From Chrysomallon squamiferum (taxonomy: Eukaryota; Animalia; Mollusca), in NCBI GenBank assembly GCA_012295275.1, contig CM022666.1, positions 1,488,001 to 1,552,000 on the forward strand: a stretch of 64,000 nucleotides of DNA, read 5' to 3'. The stretch's first letter is position 1. Each line of letters opens with the position of its first letter. Both the position numbers and the translations under genes were made by a program. The notes below the pieces were generated by a model that worked only from the letters and a program-made list of their open reading frames with translations, was not told where the DNA came from and ran no database searches. Shown here piece after piece: positions 57,576 to 64,000 of this stretch.

Positions 57576-60088
57576 GGAAATAGCATGATCTCGTAAATTT
57601 AATTCTACTACATCGAAGAATTAGAAATTTACGTCAACTGATTTCGGACACTTCAGACATGGGACTGAGTGAACTCCACCCTGAAGATCTCCACCAATTT
57701 CAAACCAGAATTCCATCTTGCTCATAGACCGAAACAAACAATACTGAAACCAAAACCATTTATGTATTAACATGGACACGGAACGTTGAAAACTGACATT
57801 GATAAATGTGAAGAAAAGAAATACTGTTGCAAATGTATCAATAAATTAATATTAATCTCATATACTTCTTCTTTGTTTTTATTTATGCTTACGATTTTAC
57901 TAGAATTCTTTATCAACTTAAGACAATTATGTTTGCATTTTGCCTTTCGCTCTCAATTTATCATTCTCTCTTTCTATCTTTGTGTTGTACTCAGAAAAAG
58001 TAACTGAAAACTTGAGTTTGATCGTTTGATAGACTAAAAATACGATTACGTTGGAACATAGTAATTAAAATTTATAATTTAATAATTTTTATATATTCTT
58101 AATAAATTACTTAATACAAATATGTTTGAAAAATCGTTATATGCGACTGACATTTAAAATTTTATTATTCTGAACTGTTAAACTCCAGTAACTAGTACAT
58201 GTTTAGGACCCTGAGTCTGTTTCATATTCCAACTAGTACTCCCCAACTAGTTTTCCGATATTACATATATCTTATCTGAGTTTTTATTTTTGAAATATTT
58301 GTATTAAGCAGATGAAGATACAAAAGTACAGTTTTGAAAAAGGGATACATCGATAGAGTAGATCGAAAATATTAAATTTTTACTGGTGAAGTATTTCATA
58401 TAAGTGTTGTAACGTGATTTTATCTTTAGTAAAAAAATAAATTAATGAAACATAGACTTCATTGTCCTTTAAAAAGTTATCAGATCACAGAAGTATGATT
58501 GGAAGAAAGTAGAATACAAAAAAATAAATATAATAATAATTACTGAAATTTAATTCTCTACTAAACAGTAAAATAAATTACCCCCCTCAGAATATGATTC
58601 ATGTTTTGAAATGTTTTCCTAAGCCGTGAAGCAGTGATCATTTCTTCTTCGTCTTTATTTGATAATTATTTGAGTAATATTATAACGAATAAATAAGCAT
58701 AGATCTGTGACCAACAACTGTCAAGGTATGCTTGTATGTATGTATATGTGTATGTGTGCATGTGTGTATGTGTGTTTGTATGTATGAACGTGTATATTTA
58801 TTCGTAAATAAATAAATAAATAAAATAATAAATGAATTTGTCAATATCAACGACATATTAAGGTTGAATCATGTGTATTATTCGTTAAAAGTATCAGTAA
58901 CATTACTAACCATACAGTTAGTTAAATGTGTCTATATCGGTTTAAATGTAAAGTGTTGTAAACTCAGAGTATTTCATTAATATGTTGAAATGGAGGTGTA
59001 GACAGAAAAACCGCATTATAAAATACTAAACAGCTGTGATCTATTTGAAATGATAAAATTGTCTAAAATTTCAGAGTGAAACTCTGAAGAAACTAAAACA
59101 TATCTGATTCTTTAGCTTTGATCAGAATGCTTGTGTTATATAATACGTTGATGAAAAAAAACAATGTCCATACAATTATAAAATAAATCACTTTAGTTTC
59201 GTCTTAGAGAAGGTAAACATAACTTAAAGGGTAATAATTTAAATATTAAACATAACATATTTACGAATTTAGTGGATTTTATTATTTGTTTTGTTTCGTT
59301 TTTTGATTAGACTTCAGTAACAAAGACTAAATCAAGGAATTGTTACGTTTCCAGGGTCACCTGTATTATCACCTGTATTGTACAGACATCAATAATACGT
59401 CTGTACCATAGCTAAATGACCAGCCCGTGTAAATACACGTGATAAATTAATAACATTTTCGACTCGTTTCCACGGTAACCTGTACCGGCATGAGGTAAAA
59501 TATTAGATATGTAATTGTGCCGCAATTGGTCTGGATTCCGCAATTAGAAAATGACTGAAGTTGATCTCCATGGATACACAAGCACGAAGCACGTTGTGAA
59601 TGACCAACTTGACTTTTTTATTATTATTATTTCATTTTTTTAAATGTTTTTTTATTTTTATTTATTTTACTCACATACTACAATATTGAAATTACACACT
59701 ACAAATACTAGTAGCACAGCAGCAGCAACACCAGTAGTCGTAGTAGTAGTAGTAGCAGTAGTAGTAGTAGTAATAATAATAATAATAATAATATTAATAA
59801 TAATAAGAAGAAGAAGCAGAAGAAGGGGAAGATAAATCTTTTTTGTTGTTTTCTTGCAACGTGACCCAGCCAGCTGTCTGGTTGAGTCTTTCAAACGAGT
59901 CAGATTCACGTTTTCCCAATACGCTGTCCAGATGTTCGCGAAGTGTCTATAAATACAGACCACAGACACTGAGAGACTTCATTCCTTGCAGAGCTCTTCC
60001 ACTTGCTGTAACAAACATTTTGCTTTCACAACACTTTGCTTATTCACGAAAATCTTTGCACTTGAAGATATCAGCTGATACTGTAATA

Positions 60089-60277
60089 ATGTCTATCGTG
60101 TTTCCATCAGCAGTGACTCTTTGTCACTACAACACACAAGACAACGACGACGTCTTCACTATGGACGTGGAGATGCCTCAAAGCAGCAGAGGATTGTATC
60201 TTTTGGAACACTCTGTCGCTGACAGGGAAATGTTCCCAGTATCGGGGATTCGGGAGGAAGACTCATACAGAAAATGA
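60089..60277 (+). CDS. Unrecognised 62-aa small ORF, tandem copy 2
   Basis: As copy 1; TATA at 59948; followed by overlapping ORF2 60274-60384. Confidence 0.5.
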   Translation: MSIVFPSAVTLCHYNTQDNDDVFTMDVEMPQSSRGLYLLEHSVADREMFPVSGIREEDSYRK

Positions 60278-62681
60278 AATTCTTCTTCTCAACAGGCTCT
60301 CTGATCAAAAGAGATGATGCAGAACATTATCTGTCCAACTACAGAACATTATCGGTTCAACTACAGAACATGGAAATAGCATGATCTCGTAAAGTTAATC
60401 GTACTACATCGAAGAAAACTAAATGTACCCCAACTGATTTCGGACACTTCAGTCATGGGACTGAGTGAACTCCACACTGAAGATCTCCACCAATTTGTAA
60501 CCAGAATTCCATCTTGCTCATGGACCGAAATAAACAATACTGAAACCAAAACCATTTATATATTAACATGGACACGGAACGTTGAAAACTGACATTGATA
60601 AATGTGAAGAAAAGAAATACTGTTGTAAATGTATTCTTTTAAACCAATTAGTATAAATAAATTAATATTAATCTCATATACTTCTTCTTTGTTTTTATTT
60701 AAGCTTACGATTTTACTGGAATTATTTATCAACTTAAGACAATTATGTTTGCGTTTTGCCTTTCGCTCTCATTTTATCATTCTCTCTTTCTATCTTTGTG
60801 TTGTACTGACAAAAAGTAACTGAAAACTTGAGTTTGATCGTTTGATAGACTAAAAATACGATTACGTTGGAACATAGTAATTACAATTTATAATTTAATA
60901 ATTTTTATATACTTAATAAATTACTTAATACAAATATGTTTGAAAAATCGTTATATGCGACTGACATTTAAAATTTTATTATTCTGAACTGTTAAACTCG
61001 AGAAAGTAATATACGTTTAGGACGCTGAGTCTGTTTCATATTCCAACTAGTACTCCCCAACTAGTTTTCCGATATTACATATTTCTTATTTGAGTTTTTA
61101 TTTTTGAAATATTTGTATTAAGCAGATGAAGATACAAAAGTAAAGTTGTCTAAAAACAGAAATGTTAAACACGCCGACGTATGTTAGAGTGTAATGTGTT
61201 TATAACTGAAAATAATATGAGAGAAATGGAGATTGTTTGTTTTTTTTTGAAAAAGGGATACATTGATAGAGTGGAATAAAAATATTAAATTTTGACTGGT
61301 GAAGTATTTCGTATAAGTATTGTAACGTGATTTTATTTTTAGTAAAAAAAAAATAAAACATAGACTTCGTTGTTTTTTTAAAAGTTATCAGATCACAGAA
61401 ATATCATTGGAAGAAAGTAGAATACAAAAAAAAAAAATAAATAAATAAAAAATAAAAAATACTGAAATTTAATTCCGTACTAAACAGTAAAATAAATTAT
61501 CCCCCCCCAGAAATTAATTAATGTTTTGAAATGTTTTCCTAAGCTGTGAAGCTGTGATCATTTCTTCTTCTTCGTCTTCATTTGATAATTAAATAATACT
61601 GTAATGAATAAATAAGCATAGATCTGTGACGAACAATTGACAAGGTATGGTTGTATGTATGTATATGTGTATGTGTGCATGTGTGTATGTGTGTTTGTAT
61701 GTATGAACGTGTGTATTTATTTACGAATAAATAAAATAATAAATGAGTTTGTTAATATCAACGACATATTAAGGTTGAATCATCTGTATTATTCGTTAAA
61801 AGTATCAGTAACATTACTAACCATACAGTTAGTGAAATGTGTCTACATCGGTTTAAATGTAAAGTGTTGTAAACTCAGAGTATTTCATTAATATGTTGAA
61901 ATGGAGGTGTAGACAGAAAAACCGCATTATAAAATACTAAACAGCTGTGATCTATTTGAAATGATAAAATTGTCTAAAATTTCAGAGTGAAACTCTGAAG
62001 AAACTAAAACATATCTGATTCTTTAGCTTTGATCAGAATGCTTGTGTTATATAATACGTTGATGAAAAAAAACAATGTCCATACAATTATAAAATAAATC
62101 ACTTTAGTTTCGTCTTAGAGAAGGTAAAAATAACTTAAAGGCTAATAATTTAAATATTAAACATAACATATTTAAGAATTTAGTGGATTTTATTATTTCT
62201 TTTGTTTTGTTTTTTGATTAGACTTCAGTAACAAAGACTAAAACAAGGAATTGTTACGTTTCCAAGGTCACCTGTATTATCACCTGTATTGTACAGACAT
62301 CAATAATACGTCTGTACCATAGCTAAATGACCAGCCCGTGTAAATACACGTGATAAATTAATAACATTTTCGACTCGTTTCCACGGTAACCTGTACCGGC
62401 ATGAGGTAAAATATTAGATATGTAATTGTGCCGCAATTGGTCTGGATTCCGCAATTAGAAAATGACTGAAGTTGATCTCCATGGATACACAAGCACAAAG
62501 CACGTTGTGAATGACCAACTTGACTTTTTTATTATTATTATTTCATTTTTTTTAAATGTTTTTTTATTTTTATTTATTTTACTCACATACTACAATATTG
62601 AAATTACACACTACAAATACAAGTAGCACAGCAGCAGCAACACCAGTAGTCGTAGTAGTAGTAGTAGCAGTAGTAGTAGTA

Positions 62682-62715
<34 letters not shown>

Positions 62716-62997
62716 GAAGAAGAAGAAGAAGAAGGGGAAGATAAATCTTTTTTGTTGTTTTCTTGCAACGTGACCCAGACAGCTGTCTGGTTGAGTCTTT
62801 CAAACGAGTCAGATTCACGTTTTCCCAATACGCTGTCCAGATGTTCGCGAAGTGTCTATAAATACAGACCACAGACACTGAGAGACTTCATTCCTTGCAG
62901 AGCTCTTCCACTTGCTGTAACAAACATTTTGCTTTCACAACACTTTGCTTATTCACGAAAATCTTTGCACTTGAAGATATCAGCTCATACTGTAATA

Positions 62998-63186
62998 ATG
63001 TCTATCGTGTTTCCATCAGCAGTGACTCTTTGTCACTACAACACACAAGACAACGACGACGTCTTCACTATGGACGTGGAGATGCCTCAAAGCAGCAGAG
63101 GATTGTATCTTTTGGAACACTCTGTCGCTGACAGGGAAATGTTCCCAGTATCGGGGATTCGGGAGGAAGACTCATACAGAAAATGA
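62998..63186 (+). CDS. Unrecognised 62-aa small ORF, tandem copy 3
   Basis: Same peptide as copy 2; TATA at 62857; followed by overlapping ORF2 63183-63305. Confidence 0.5.
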   Translation: MSIVFPSAVTLCHYNTQDNDDVFTMDVEMPQSSRGLYLLEHSVADREMFPVSGIREEDSYRK

Positions 63187-64000
63187 AATTCTTCTTCTCA
63201 ACAGGCTCTCTGATCAAAACAAAAGAGATGATTATCTGTGCAGAACATTATCTGTCCAACTACAGAACATTATCGGTTCAACTACAGAACATGGAAATAG
63301 CATGATCTGTTCAACTACAAAGTTAATCGTACTAGAACATCGAAGAAAACTAAATGTATGATCTCCCCAACTGATTTCGGACTGATTTTCAGTCATGGGA
63401 CTGAGTGAACTCCACACTGAAGATCTCCACCAGTCTTGTAACCAGAATTCCATCTTGCTCATGGACCGAAATAAACAATACTGAAACCAAAACCATTTAT
63501 ATATTAACATGGACACGGAACGTTGAAAACTGACATTGATAAATGTGAAGAAAAGAAATACTGTTGTAAATGTATTCTTTTAAACCAATTAGTATGAATA
63601 AATTAATATTAATCTGATATACTTCTTCTTTGTTTTTATTTAAGCTTACGATTTTACTGGAATTATTTATCAACTTAAGACAATTGTGTTTGCGTTTTGC
63701 CTTTCGCTCTCATTTTATCATTCTCTCTTTCTATCTTTGTGTTGTACTGAGAAAAAGTAACTGAAAACTTGAGTTTGATCGTTTGATAGACTAAAAATAC
63801 GATTACGTTGGAACATAGTAATTACAATTTATAATTTTAATAATTTTTATATACTTAATAAATTACTTAATACAAATATGTTTGAAAAATCGTTATATGC
63901 GACTGACATTTAAAATTTTATTATTCTGAACTGTTAAACTCCAGAAAGTAATATACGTTTAGGACGCTGAGTCTGTTTCATATTCCAACTAGTACTCCCC

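Larger units (their letters stand above)
56970..64000 (+). repeat. Tandem segmental duplication, ~2.9-kb unit, at least 3 copies, running off the window end
   Basis: TATA boxes at 57085, 59948 and 62857 (periods 2863 and 2909 nt); long near-identical intergenic blocks (e.g. 58730-59820 vs 61630-62730). Confidence 0.95.

Noticed and set aside
57340-57640. Resemblance to an antizyme frameshift site (CGC TGA) or an Id/bHLH helix 2 (EIMQNII...YIEELE)
   Set aside because: No UCC-UGA context or antizyme ORF2; the bHLH-like pieces are in different frames and not conserved between copies.

Overview
AT-rich, microsatellite-laden, intron-containing animal genomic DNA; the gene content and repeats suggest an invertebrate, probably a mollusc (inference). 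Four protein-coding genes can be reconstructed by hand: (1) a single-coding-exon FkbM-family SAM methyltransferase with an N-terminal membrane anchor (+, 19532-20522); (2) an AADAC/NCEH1-type HSL-family esterase (+, from 24906) whose five shared 5' exons are followed by two complete, divergent, same-phase terminal exons, each carrying a full Ser-Asp-His triad; (3) a kyphoscoliosis-peptidase/hillarin-like transglutaminase-fold protein (-, 38364-32968); (4) a 12-exon glutathione reductase (-, 53762-45055) with a short in-frame upstream ATG extension. The right end holds at least three ~2.9-kb tandem units, each with TATA+Inr and an unrecognised 62-aa ORF whose stop overlaps (ATGA) a second short ORF. 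Three genes have a single 1-nt indel in a short homopolymer and GSR exon 6 is corrupted, which points to consensus errors rather than pseudogenes. The first ~19 kb has no recognisable coding exon. All exon boundaries were read manually from GT/AG sites and motif continuity; no searches were run.
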